64,000 nucleotides of DNA from Acidimicrobiia bacterium (GTDB lineage Bacteria > Actinomycetota > Acidimicrobiia > Spongiisociales > ZC4RG35). Position 1 is the first letter of the stretch. Every line of letters begins with the position of its first letter. This document shows positions 38,375 to 47,935 of the stretch, in pieces. Under the pieces are notes generated by a model that worked only from the letters and a program-made list of their open reading frames with translations, did no database searches and was not told the DNA's origin. Position numbers and translations under genes: made by a program. The DNA lies in assembly GCA_028284765.1 (NCBI GenBank), contig JANQRA010000002.1:101061-165060 (forward strand), written 5' to 3'.

Positions 38375-39973
38375 TTGACCGACAAGCGACGAGGATTCCT
38401 GAATAGAATCCGATTTCGAATCAGGCTGGCATGGTTAGCGGCCACCGCGCAGCGCTACGCGCCACATGCGCTGACCGTCATCGTGCTGATTCTGGGCCTG
38501 GACTGGCTGACTCCTTTCGATCAAGGGCTCGTGGCTTCGATGGCTGTCGCCGTGGTCTTCGCTCTGGGCCTCCTGCTTCGCTCGGCGACTATGCGTATCT
38601 CCGATTGGGACGCATCCAGAGCCGCAGAACGGGGCCTCGAAGCCCGTGACACGCTGACCACTGCGCTTGAGTTCTCCGACCCATCCGATCCGGCACATAG
38701 ACAGATTCAGAGCCAAGCGGACAAAATCGCATCCAGTTCTCAGCCTGCGGCCGCCATTCCAATCCGTTCAGATCGCTCGTATCTGCGACGGTCAGCCTGG
38801 CTAGCTGCGCTGGTCCTGGCCCTTGCCCTCCTTCCCCCACTCGGCTCATCACCGGCCCTCTCCTCGAACCTGAAGACGGCCGTTGAAGCCGAAGCCGAGA
38901 AGATCGAGGAGCTGGCGGAGGCCGCACGTGAAACCGACGTTGAGAACGCGGATGAGATCGCCGCCGAACTCGAACGGCTGGCCGAGGAGCTGAGAAAGGC
39001 TGAGACCCTCGAAGACGCTTTTGAAGCCCTTGATAACTCCGATCAGCGGCTGGAGGCGCAAATCGATCCAACATTCCTCTCCCAAAAGGCCGCGGCGCAA
39101 GGACTCGCACGCGACCTCTCACTGAGACCTATCGCCGAAGGAGCACTCGATGCGTCTTCGCAGTTCGAACAGGCGGCCGACGAACTCGATGAGCTTTCCG
39201 AGCAAGAGTTGAGGGCTCTGCAGGATCGACTCCAGGATCTCGCCGAATCACAATCAGCTGGCAACTCGGCTCTGTCGAGTCAACTGTCCGAAGCGGCCCA
39301 AGCCCTGAACTCAGGCGACCTGTCAAGGGCCGCCGATGCTCTGCGCGAAGCGGCTGCAAGCCAGCAACAGGGCGTTTCCGACGCACGGGATCAGCAAGCA
39401 CTCTCAGAGACCCGCCGAGCACTCGATGGAGTGAGCGCCCGGCTCGGCGGCGCTGCACGCGAAGGCCAGGGAGAAGGCGAAGGCCAGGGAGAAGGCCAGG
39501 GCCAGGGAGAAGGTCAAGGTCAGGGTGAAGGTCAAGGTCAGGGAACCGGTGGTAGCGGTAGTAGTGGCGAAGGTGGTACTCCTGGTGCAGACGGCAGTCC
39601 GTCCGGGGCCATAGGTGGGGTCAATCCCGGTGATGGCAATGCCCAAGGCCAGGGCGGCCAAGGCAGCGTCTCCGGAAGGCAGGGCGAAGACCTGGGCACC
39701 GCACCCGACTCGGCCTCGGTCTATGACCCCATCGCGGAAGGCGGTTTCTCCGACCTCATCCAGGTGGGAATCGACGGAGGCACGGGTGACGGAGATGTGG
39801 TCGGACGTGGTGACGCTCCAACCACCCAGGGTGAGTCGGTCGTCCCGTACGCACAAGTTCTGCCCGAATACCTGAACCAGGCTGCAGACGCACTTGGCGA
39901 AGTTCAACTGCCGCCCTCGATGAGATCAATCGTCCAAAGCTATTTCGACCTCCTCGCAGACCAAGCGAGGTAA
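38375..39973 (+). CDS. Membrane-anchored coiled-coil protein with a Gly/Gln/Glu repeat; first gene of the MoxR-DUF58-VWA operon
   Basis: Two N-terminal TM helices, an Ala/Glu-rich coiled coil, and (GQGEGE)n low complexity. The C-terminus reads ...SMRSIVQSYFDLLADQAR. I chose the TTG start near 38375 (GGGAG RBS); the ORF track starts at 38246 and would overlap the divergent gene. Confidence 0.5.
   Translation: MTDKRRGFLNRIRFRIRLAWLAATAQRYAPHALTVIVLILGLDWLTPFDQGLVASMAVAVVFALGLLLRSATMRISDWDASRAAERGLEARDTLTTALEFSDPSDPAHRQIQSQADKIASSSQPAAAIPIRSDRSYLRRSAWLAALVLALALLPPLGSSPALSSNLKTAVEAEAEKIEELAEAARETDVENADEIAAELERLAEELRKAETLEDAFEALDNSDQRLEAQIDPTFLSQKAAAQGLARDLSLRPIAEGALDASSQFEQAADELDELSEQELRALQDRLQDLAESQSAGNSALSSQLSEAAQALNSGDLSRAADALREAAASQQQGVSDARDQQALSETRRALDGVSARLGGAAREGQGEGEGQGEGQGQGEGQGQGEGQGQGTGGSGSSGEGGTPGADGSPSGAIGGVNPGDGNAQGQGGQGSVSGRQGEDLGTAPDSASVYDPIAEGGFSDLIQVGIDGGTGDGDVVGRGDAPTTQGESVVPYAQVLPEYLNQAADALGEVQLPPSMRSIVQSYFDLLADQAR
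39461..39546 (+). repeat. In-frame hexanucleotide-based tandem repeat encoding GQGEGEGQGEGQGQGEGQGQGEGQGQG
   Basis: gaaggccagggagaaggcgaaggccagggagaaggccagggccagggagaaggtcaaggtcagggtgaaggtcaaggtcaggga. Imperfect GGNCARGGNGAR units. Confidence 0.8.
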
Positions 39974-39989
39974 CCGAGGAGATGATCAA

Positions 39990-40991
39990 GTGAACATGGA
40001 CCTGGACAGATATCAGCAGACAGCTCTATCGATCGAAGCAGCTGTTGGAGCCCGCATTGCCGGCCAACCTGAGCTCATTCGGCAAACCCTCGTAGGTCTT
40101 CTCGCTGAAGGTCACGTCCTACTGGAGGGCGTGCCTGGACTCGGCAAGACCGAACTGGTCAAGGCGTTCTCCGAGGCCATCGGTGTTGATTTTGCCAGGG
40201 TGCAATTCACTCCCGATCTGATGCCCGCAGATATCGTCGGGACCCAGGTTCTCTCGGAAGATGAGGCGGGCAGGCGAAAGTTTGAATACCAACCGGGACC
40301 GGTGTTCACCAATCTGCTGCTAGCAGACGAGATAAATCGAGCGACACCCAAGACTCAGGCCGCGCTGCTCGAAGCCATGCAGGAACGACAGGTGACTGTC
40401 GCTGGCAGGACTCGCGATCTCCCAAGACCCTTTCTCGTGTTGGCCACCCAGAATCCAATAGAACTGGAGGGGACCTACCCACTTCCGGAAGCACAGCTGG
40501 ACCGGTTCATGTTCAAAGTGACGGTCAGTCCCCCGACCTCCGAAGTCATGGAGGAGATCCTGCGGAGAACAACTGGTGGATTCGTTCCTGAGGTGCCTCT
40601 GGCCACAGATGTCGAGACAATTTCATCAATGATCGCGACCACTCCCGGACACCCAGTGGCGGGCCACCTTCTCACATATGTCTCACGAATCGTGGAGGCC
40701 TCTCAACCGGATGGGAACACTGCCACTCCTCCCGTGAAGCGCTATGTCAGGTGGGGCTCCTCCCCTCGTGGGGCACAAGCGATCGTGTTGGCGGCCAAGG
40801 CAGCTTCTCTCATCGAGGGCAGATCTCACGTGTCTGCCGAAGACATCCGCTGGGCGGCACCTGCAGCTCTGCGCCATCGGCTGGTTCTTGGCTATGAAGC
40901 GGCCGCCGAGGGAGTCAAGCCCGACGTGATCGTCGAGGAGATCTTGAACAGCACTCCCGAACCGAAACCCGACATTCGAGGAACTCCATGA
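39990..40991 (+). CDS. MoxR-family AAA+ ATPase
   Basis: GHVLLEGVPGLGKTELVKAFSEA (Walker A); LLADEINRATPKTQAALLEAMQE (Walker B / sensor); VLATQNP. Confidence 0.9.
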   Translation: MNMDLDRYQQTALSIEAAVGARIAGQPELIRQTLVGLLAEGHVLLEGVPGLGKTELVKAFSEAIGVDFARVQFTPDLMPADIVGTQVLSEDEAGRRKFEYQPGPVFTNLLLADEINRATPKTQAALLEAMQERQVTVAGRTRDLPRPFLVLATQNPIELEGTYPLPEAQLDRFMFKVTVSPPTSEVMEEILRRTTGGFVPEVPLATDVETISSMIATTPGHPVAGHLLTYVSRIVEASQPDGNTATPPVKRYVRWGSSPRGAQAIVLAAKAASLIEGRSHVSAEDIRWAAPAALRHRLVLGYEAAAEGVKPDVIVEEILNSTPEPKPDIRGTP

Positions 40992-41845
40992 CACTGCTCA
41001 GCCCGGCCTTGATGGCCAGGCTCGAGAGCTTGCAACTGATGAGTAGAAACCGGCTCCTCGGCCGATTCGGCGGTGAGCACAAGTCCAAGCGATATGGGAA
41101 CACCATCGACTTCGCCGACTTTCGCGAGTACCACCCTGGCGACGACTTCCGGCGAATCGACTACCACGTAATGGCACGGCTCGACCAAGTGTTGATCAAG
41201 CTCTTCGAAGCCGACGACGAAATCACAGTTCGGTTCCTCGTCGACACCTCCTCTTCAATGGACATCGGCGGGAAACTGCATCAGGCCAAGAAGCTCGTAG
41301 CTGCTCTTGGCTTCATCGCGCTCAGCGCTCACGACTCGGTCTCGGTTCACACATTTCCCAACGAGGGAATCAGCACCCGCTTTGCGGGGAGGGCTTCCAT
41401 CCCGTCGTTTCTGGGCCATACCGAGACCTTGACGGCCGATGGTGTCACGCCGTTTGCCGAGGCAGCCGGCCACCTCCTCAGCAGAGGCGGGCTGCCTGGA
41501 CTGACCGTGGTGGTATCCGACCTCTTGACGGAAGAGTGGGCGAGCCTCACAAAGCTCCGGTCTTCCGGATCGGACGTAACGGTGCTTCATGTTCTCTGTG
41601 AAGAGGACCTCAACCCGGATTACACCGGCGACCTCGAGTTGGTCGACACGGAGGTAGGTGACAGGCTCACTGTCAGCGTCACCGAAGACGTTGCTTCCTC
41701 GTACCGGGACCGTGTCGCCAGATGGCGAGATGATGTGGCCCGAACCGTGCGCGGCTCGGGATCGTCCTACGTCCCCGTTGACGCATCCGACGACGTCGAA
41801 GAACTCCTGCTCCAGACCTGGCTCAGCGAGGGCGTCCTGAGGTGA
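40988..41845 (+). CDS. DUF58 domain protein (VWA-like; MoxR partner)
   Basis: GEHKSKRYGNTIDFADFREYHPGDDFRRIDYHVMAR is the DUF58 signature. 4-bp overlaps with both neighbours. Confidence 0.85.
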   Translation: MTLLSPALMARLESLQLMSRNRLLGRFGGEHKSKRYGNTIDFADFREYHPGDDFRRIDYHVMARLDQVLIKLFEADDEITVRFLVDTSSSMDIGGKLHQAKKLVAALGFIALSAHDSVSVHTFPNEGISTRFAGRASIPSFLGHTETLTADGVTPFAEAAGHLLSRGGLPGLTVVVSDLLTEEWASLTKLRSSGSDVTVLHVLCEEDLNPDYTGDLELVDTEVGDRLTVSVTEDVASSYRDRVARWRDDVARTVRGSGSSYVPVDASDDVEELLLQTWLSEGVLR

Positions 41846-44800
41846 GTCTCCTCGCTCCGGCGGGTCTAGCCGCCGTCCTCCTTGCGGTGCCAATCCTCCT
41901 GTTGCACATGCTGACTCCTAGGCGGCCGGCCACGAAAGTGTCATCTCTCCTCCACTGGGATGGACTGAAGCACTCGATCACTGCTGCGGAGCCGTGGCAG
42001 AAGCTTCGATGGTCGATCCTTCTCATCTTGCAGCTTCTGGCGGTGGTGTTGTTCGCAATGATCCTCGCAAGACCGGCCGTCCTCGAGGAGGCCGAACTCG
42101 CCGAGCACACGGTCTTCATCGTCGACGCTTCAGGGTCGATGGCGGCCATCGACGGTGATCCCGATCGTCTGGGATCTGCCGTCGAGCAGGCCACACTACT
42201 CCGCAGCGAATTGCCAGACGCCGGCGTGGCATCGTTGGTCATAGCCTCCCCGGACCCGATCGTGCTGGTCACCCAGAGCTCCGATGAATCCGAGTTCGGA
42301 AGTGCTGTCGACACTGTCAGGACCAACGGAGGGGCTGCCGACTTCGAGGCTACGTTTGCACTGGCCGAATCGCTGGTGCTCCCTGATCGTGAGACTGACT
42401 TCGTTCTGATCAGCGACGGCCAGCTGACTGAGACCGAACAGAAGCTCGCTCCTCTCGGAACCAGATACGTGCCCATTGGCCTCACGGACACCAACCGCGC
42501 CGTGGCCGATCTGTCCGTCAACGCCGGCCCCGGTGGTCTGCAAGCCCGGGTTCGGGTGGAATCCACCGGAGGACCGGACGCAATCCAGACCCTTCGGCTG
42601 GACGTAGACGGCGTGACCGTCCTCTCACAGGAGATCGAGATTCCAGGTGGTGGCATCTTTGAAGACACCTTCGAACTCCCGGCAGGCACCAGGGTCGCCG
42701 CTTTCTTGGACGGGGACGACCTGCTGGCTTACGACAACCAGCGTTACGTTGGCGCACCAGTTCTCGGCCAGTTGAAGGCGAGGATCGTCGGCGAGTCGAC
42801 GTTCTTCGTCGAGCAACTCCTCAGTGCCATACCGGACGTCGACACCGACGTCGCTCTTGGCGAAGAGGTCGATTTCGAGATCTACGTCGGAGCTGCGGTC
42901 CCTGCGGAGCCGACCGTTCCTTTCATCGCCATCGACGCGCCGGGCGGCGCGCCCGGCGTCCTTTCAACCGGGAGAATCGAGAACCCGGTTCCTACTCTTG
43001 TTGCTGACCACCCGTTGCTCGACGAGGTAGATGTCAGCAGAATCGGGATCGCCGAAGCCCAGCAACTGCAGGTGACCAATGGGGAGGTCGTGCTTGGCGC
43101 ACCCGGCGCTCCCCTGATCGTCGAGAGCTCCTTTGGGGATGTCCCCTTCTACTACGTGGCCTTCACGCTGGAGCAATCCAACCTTCCGATCGACATCTCT
43201 TTCCCGATCATCGGCGCTCGCATGGTGGGCGGATTGGCAACCGCTGGTGGAGTAGCCGACGGGCTCACGGTCGGCGACAAGGTGCCCGTGGGCACCTTGG
43301 GTGGCATCGTCACAGATCCAAGGGGAGACCAGACAATCATCTCTACCGGCGACTCGGAACCTGTCGCCAACAAAGCCGGGTTCTGGATCGTCGAACCAAA
43401 TCAGGGCGATTCGTATGAAATCGCGGTGAACGCCTCCAACACCGAATCAGCACTGGAACCTAAATCTGAACTTGAGGCATTGCGACCCGATCCGGTGGGA
43501 CAAGGCGAGTTCGTTGATGCAACGACAACAATCGCCCGCACACTTCTCCCCTGGTTCGTAGGCGCACTTCTGATCGTTCTTGCGGTCGAGCTCTACTTCA
43601 GCTTCCGAGCACGAGGTGTCACACGTCGTCAATGGAATGTTGGTCTTGGAGTGCGTGCCTTGATCGTCGGGCTCTTGGTTCTGGGACTGGTCAATCCCGT
43701 CTTCCAGAGAAGCTCAGACGACGTGACAACGGTTTTTGTTGTGGACGTATCAGCCTCGGTTGGAGAGGCCAGCAGGCAACAGGCCGTCTCATGGGTTGAG
43801 GCTGCCCTGACTGATAACCAAGGCGGACAGTGGGCTGTTGTGGAATTCGGCGCCGACGCCAGAGTCGGCACTCCGATCGGCACCGATCCGTATCGTCGTG
43901 CGCGAGGCGTCGAAACCGAGTCGACGAACATCGCGCGAGGCCTGCGTCTCGGAGAATCGGTCCTCACCCCCGGCACGAAACAACGGCTGGTGCTCGTGTC
44001 AGACGGACGGGCCAACAACGGCGATCTCCAAGCTGAGCTCGACCGGCTCAAGACGCTGGGCGTCGTAGTGGATGTTCACACCATCGCCACCAGCAACACC
44101 ACCGATGCGGCCATCGCCGGGCTCGACATGCCATCGTCGGTGAACACGGGCGAAGCCTTCGACATCGAGGTCGAGGTTCTGGCGACAATCTCCGGCTCTG
44201 CCGTGGTGGATCTCAGCGACGCATCAGGTGTCATCTCCAGCCAAGATGTCCAACTCGCGCCCGGATCGAACTCAGTCGTGTTCTCAACCGTCGCCGGCGA
44301 ACCCGGACTCCAACAATTCGACGCAAAGGTGAGACTCAACGGTGACGGGGTGCCCGAGAATGACGAACTTCGCGCCGGGGTAGAGGTTCGGGGGCCCGCC
44401 AGCGTCCTGGTCATCGAAGGGGAACAAGACAACGGCGACGTCCTGGAAGGAGTACTCCGCTCAACCGGCTTGGAGGTCGATCGTGTCGTTGTCGATGAAA
44501 TGCCGGGAGTGCAGGAGATGTCGATCCATCGCGCGGTTGTGCTGGTCGACGTCAGCGCCCGCGACCTCAACGAAACCAAACTCAACAATCTGAACACTGT
44601 GGTGCGGGACCTCGGTCGAGGGCTGGTCGTCGTCGGGGGTACCCACTCCTACGGGCTAGGGGGGTATCGCGACACACCGTTGGAGGCTCTGCTGCCGGTC
44701 GATTCCGAAGCTCCCGACAAGGAACGCGAGGCATCAGTCGCCGAGGTTCTTCTGATCGACACCAGTGAGTCCATGGGGGCTTGTCACTGTGACGAGTCCG

Positions 44801-46194
44801 GCAGCAACAGTTTCGAGGGTGGTGTCAACAAGACGGACATCTCCAAGGCCGCCGCTGTCAAGGCGATCGAGGCGCTTGGCGCCAACGACGCTGTCGGAGT
44901 GCTGGCGTTTTCGGGCGACAGCCGATGGGTGGTTCCACTCCAGGAATTCCCGGACCGAGACACGATCGACGACGGCATAGGAAGCCTACGCCCCTTCGGC
45001 GAGACCCGGATAGTCCCAGCCATCGAGAAGGCAGCAGAAGAGCTTCTGGCTTCCGACAAGGAGCTGAAGCACATCATCTTGTTCACAGACGGGTTCACCG
45101 CGGAGTTGGAAATTGGGGCGGAGTTCGTCGGACAGCCCTTTGCCAAAGATCTGGTCGAAACCGTGGAACGAATTGCTGACCAGGGAGTCACGGTTTCGGT
45201 GGTGGGTACCGGCGAAGGTGCAACACCGGCCCTCGAAGTGGTGGCCGAGGCCGGCAACGGCCGCTTCTACCCCGGCAGAGACCTGAACGAGATCCCGGAG
45301 ATCTTCGTCAAAGAAGCACGGCTCGCGTCACGAAGCTACATCAACGAGGGCGAGTTCTTCCCAACCGTTACTTCCACTTCGGCCGCAGTGAGGAATCTTG
45401 CATCATCGCCGGCCCTCCTCGGATATGTGGCCACCACTCCGAAACCAACAGCTGACGTGCAGCTCCAGGTCGGAGAGCTGGCAGATCCGCTGTTGGCGTC
45501 GTGGCGGGTGGGTCTCGGCAAAGTCACCGCCTGGACCAGCGACGGTGGTGAGAAATGGGGTGCCCAGTGGGCGTCTTGGGACGGATACGGAGATTTCTGG
45601 TCCAACGTGGTGCGGGACACGTTCCCCCTCACTGGTTCGGACGGTCAGCGACTCGAGGCGTCGATCTCAGAAGAGTTGATGACCATTCGCCTCGAGGGCG
45701 CAGAAGTCTTCGAGTCAGGATTCGAACCGACAGTTCGCATCAGCTACCCAGACGGGACCTTCTCCGAGCTCCGCCTAGATCGCGTGTCGGACTTCGAGTT
45801 TCAAGCCGTTGCGCCGGCCCGACAGGGCGGCACCTACGCGATCGGTGCCAACGTGGCTGACTCCAGCGGAGAGACAGCGGTCATCTCAACCCTGGCGACC
45901 AGGTCGTTCGCCGCTGAGTTCCTACCGGGGCCCGCAGACGAAGACCTGATGAGCTCAATCTCCACGGCCACCGGCGGCCGAGGCGAGATCACATCCGCAC
46001 AGGCTTTCGATCCCGAAGGCCTCGAGGAGGGCGTTACCGAACGTCAGTACCGTTGGTGGTTCCTGCTGCTGGCGGCTTTGCTCTGGCCAATCGACGTCGC
46101 TCTGCGTCGACTCCGCCTTTCCCGAGGAGATAGGTCAGGCCAGCCACCGAAATCAGAAGCGCCCCAGCCCACACCCACCACACAAGCGGTCTGA
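41842..46194 (+). CDS. BatA-like membrane protein with an aerotolerance-regulator N-terminal double-TM domain and three VWA domains (1450 aa)
   Basis: N-terminus SLLAPAGLAAVLLAVPILLLHMLTPRRP is BatA_N-like. VWA MIDAS motifs occur at VFIVDASGSMA, VFVVDVSASVG and VLLIDTSESMG. The C-terminal TM is WWFLLLAALLWPIDVAL. Confidence 0.8.
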   Translation: MSLLAPAGLAAVLLAVPILLLHMLTPRRPATKVSSLLHWDGLKHSITAAEPWQKLRWSILLILQLLAVVLFAMILARPAVLEEAELAEHTVFIVDASGSMAAIDGDPDRLGSAVEQATLLRSELPDAGVASLVIASPDPIVLVTQSSDESEFGSAVDTVRTNGGAADFEATFALAESLVLPDRETDFVLISDGQLTETEQKLAPLGTRYVPIGLTDTNRAVADLSVNAGPGGLQARVRVESTGGPDAIQTLRLDVDGVTVLSQEIEIPGGGIFEDTFELPAGTRVAAFLDGDDLLAYDNQRYVGAPVLGQLKARIVGESTFFVEQLLSAIPDVDTDVALGEEVDFEIYVGAAVPAEPTVPFIAIDAPGGAPGVLSTGRIENPVPTLVADHPLLDEVDVSRIGIAEAQQLQVTNGEVVLGAPGAPLIVESSFGDVPFYYVAFTLEQSNLPIDISFPIIGARMVGGLATAGGVADGLTVGDKVPVGTLGGIVTDPRGDQTIISTGDSEPVANKAGFWIVEPNQGDSYEIAVNASNTESALEPKSELEALRPDPVGQGEFVDATTTIARTLLPWFVGALLIVLAVELYFSFRARGVTRRQWNVGLGVRALIVGLLVLGLVNPVFQRSSDDVTTVFVVDVSASVGEASRQQAVSWVEAALTDNQGGQWAVVEFGADARVGTPIGTDPYRRARGVETESTNIARGLRLGESVLTPGTKQRLVLVSDGRANNGDLQAELDRLKTLGVVVDVHTIATSNTTDAAIAGLDMPSSVNTGEAFDIEVEVLATISGSAVVDLSDASGVISSQDVQLAPGSNSVVFSTVAGEPGLQQFDAKVRLNGDGVPENDELRAGVEVRGPASVLVIEGEQDNGDVLEGVLRSTGLEVDRVVVDEMPGVQEMSIHRAVVLVDVSARDLNETKLNNLNTVVRDLGRGLVVVGGTHSYGLGGYRDTPLEALLPVDSEAPDKEREASVAEVLLIDTSESMGACHCDESGSNSFEGGVNKTDISKAAAVKAIEALGANDAVGVLAFSGDSRWVVPLQEFPDRDTIDDGIGSLRPFGETRIVPAIEKAAEELLASDKELKHIILFTDGFTAELEIGAEFVGQPFAKDLVETVERIADQGVTVSVVGTGEGATPALEVVAEAGNGRFYPGRDLNEIPEIFVKEARLASRSYINEGEFFPTVTSTSAAVRNLASSPALLGYVATTPKPTADVQLQVGELADPLLASWRVGLGKVTAWTSDGGEKWGAQWASWDGYGDFWSNVVRDTFPLTGSDGQRLEASISEELMTIRLEGAEVFESGFEPTVRISYPDGTFSELRLDRVSDFEFQAVAPARQGGTYAIGANVADSSGETAVISTLATRSFAAEFLPGPADEDLMSSISTATGGRGEITSAQAFDPEGLEEGVTERQYRWWFLLLAALLWPIDVALRRLRLSRGDRSGQPPKSEAPQPTPTTQAV

Positions 46195-47854
46195 CGAAGA
46201 TGCTGACATCGACAGTCTCGCCGTCGGGAAACAGCAAAGAAGTCGCCACGATCACATCCCGCGACGGCCCTGAGAGCAGGGCCGGTTCTGCGACCGGCAG
46301 GCTCTGATCCTCGAACGCTCTGATCTCGGGAGCCAACCCCCTCCCGTCGACATCGAAATCGGCTCTGACATACAGGTAGCGATCTTCCTCTCCACTGGAT
46401 ACCTCATTGAGCGTGATCGTGATGCCGGAGACTTCAACCGAGTCACCTACCTGCATTGGCCCCTCGAAGTCTTCTCCGAAGGAGCTGCCAGCCACCCCGA
46501 ATAGCAAGATTGCCATTCCCAGGTGCGCCATCCGCAGTGACAGCTGCCGCCGGCGTGGTCGCCGCCCCACCAGGTCTGCAACCAGAACCGCGATGCTGCC
46601 CACAGCCGGAGCGGTGAGCAACAGGCCAATGCCTGGTCCATAAACCCAAGCGGTCAGGGCCGCGCCAATCGCTCCGGACCAGCTGAATAGCGCCCAGCGC
46701 CGGCTCACCGCGAGACTCAAGAAAACGGCGATGAGGACTGCGATGGGAAGGATTGTCAGGACGAAGAAACGCGCATCGACGATCAACGTCTCCGCGAAGA
46801 ACACTGATCGGAATGCGGGATAAAGAGACCCAGCGGTGACAAACGCCAGCGCAGCCGACACAAGGATGGCACTCACGTTGAGCCAACCCCTCCTGCCCTT
46901 CCAAGCCACCGGTGCGCCTCTGGGTTCGCGAAGGGTCGCAATCGACAACACACCCAACACGAGAAGTGTCGAGACGAACAGGACGAGGCCGACTGACGGG
47001 TCTTCGGCGAACGAGTGGATCGACCCGGTGATCCCTGATCGCGTTAGATATACCCCGACGACCGTGAGGGCAAACGGAATTCCTGCCAGATAGGTGTTCG
47101 TGCGGACAAGAGAATTGGTGGCTTCCTCAACACGCGACGAGTGGAGGAAAACGGTCGCTGCGAGCCATGGCATCAACGAAGTGTTCTCCACCGGGTCCCA
47201 AGCCCAATAGCCGCCCCAACCGAGTTCAACGTATGCCCAACTGGCGCCGGCGACCATGCCGACGGTGAGGATGGTCCAAGAGAAGTAGAGCCAAGCTCTC
47301 GTTTCGACCAGCCAGCTGCTGAGCTCCAAGTCTCCGAACGACTTGTCCATGGTCTTGGCGAACGCGACGATCAGCGAGGTGAGCCCGAGGTAGAGAATCG
47401 GCGGGTGGTAGATCATCGCTGGATGCTGGAGGATGGCCAGAAGGCCCATGCCATCGACAGCGGGTACATCAAGAGTGGTGAATGGGTTGGCAAACACAGC
47501 CGTGATTCCCAACAGGGCGAGTCCTACCGCCGCGGCAGCGCGGACCCCAGCGCGGCCTAGCGAGGCGAAGGAGGCCACCGCCAAGGTCATGGCCGAGTAG
47601 AAGAGAATGGAGCCTTCCATGCCACCCCAAAGCGCAGCCATTCGGTACGGCCACGGTGTGGCCAGCGAAGTGGTGCGAACGACGTAGTCCAGGCTGAAAT
47701 CCGAACTGACCAGGGCATAGGCCAGGGCAAGAGTCGATAGGGCCGAGAGCAGCGCGGCCAGCCGAAGAGTGCCACGTCTCCCGGTGACGAGTCCGGCCAG
47801 CGCCACGCCGATCGCAGCCATGAGCAGTGCGCTACCGATCTCGGCGACCGTCAC
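46034..47854 (-). CDS. ccmF: Cytochrome c-type biogenesis heme lyase CcmF/NrfE family
   Basis: N-terminus VSSDFSLDYV...WGGMEGSILFY (compare CcmF NDFSVxYV...W..HEGS.LLW). The WWD motif is WGGYWAWDPVEN. About 13 TM. No other ccm genes are visible in the window. Confidence 0.7.
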   Translation of the reverse strand: MTVAEIGSALLMAAIGVALAGLVTGRRGTLRLAALLSALSTLALAYALVSSDFSLDYVVRTTSLATPWPYRMAALWGGMEGSILFYSAMTLAVASFASLGRAGVRAAAAVGLALLGITAVFANPFTTLDVPAVDGMGLLAILQHPAMIYHPPILYLGLTSLIVAFAKTMDKSFGDLELSSWLVETRAWLYFSWTILTVGMVAGASWAYVELGWGGYWAWDPVENTSLMPWLAATVFLHSSRVEEATNSLVRTNTYLAGIPFALTVVGVYLTRSGITGSIHSFAEDPSVGLVLFVSTLLVLGVLSIATLREPRGAPVAWKGRRGWLNVSAILVSAALAFVTAGSLYPAFRSVFFAETLIVDARFFVLTILPIAVLIAVFLSLAVSRRWALFSWSGAIGAALTAWVYGPGIGLLLTAPAVGSIAVLVADLVGRRPRRRQLSLRMAHLGMAILLFGVAGSSFGEDFEGPMQVGDSVEVSGITITLNEVSSGEEDRYLYVRADFDVDGRGLAPEIRAFEDQSLPVAEPALLSGPSRDVIVATSLLFPDGETVDVSIFVRPLVWWVWAGALLISVAGLTYLLGKGGVDAERRRLARAKPPAAGTTNGTDVR

Positions 47855-47935
47855 CGTCTGTTCTGCCTCCGGGCCATGGAGTCAAATTACCCCTGCCTTG
47901 ACCGAAGTCATCGAGGGGCAGGTACCGTCGCTCCG

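Noticed and set aside
39461-39546. A short tandem repeat that might be a CRISPR or a non-coding satellite
   Set aside because: The units are 6-nt, imperfect and in-frame, encoding Gly/Gln/Glu low complexity inside a long ORF. There are no spacers or cas genes.
38375-46194. Whether the MoxR/VWA operon is a conflict-type vWA-MoxR (VMAP) system
   Set aside because: DUF58 and a BatA_N-anchored multi-VWA membrane protein are characteristic of the widespread housekeeping Bat/MoxR operon. No effector domains (peptidase, nuclease, TIR and so on) were seen.
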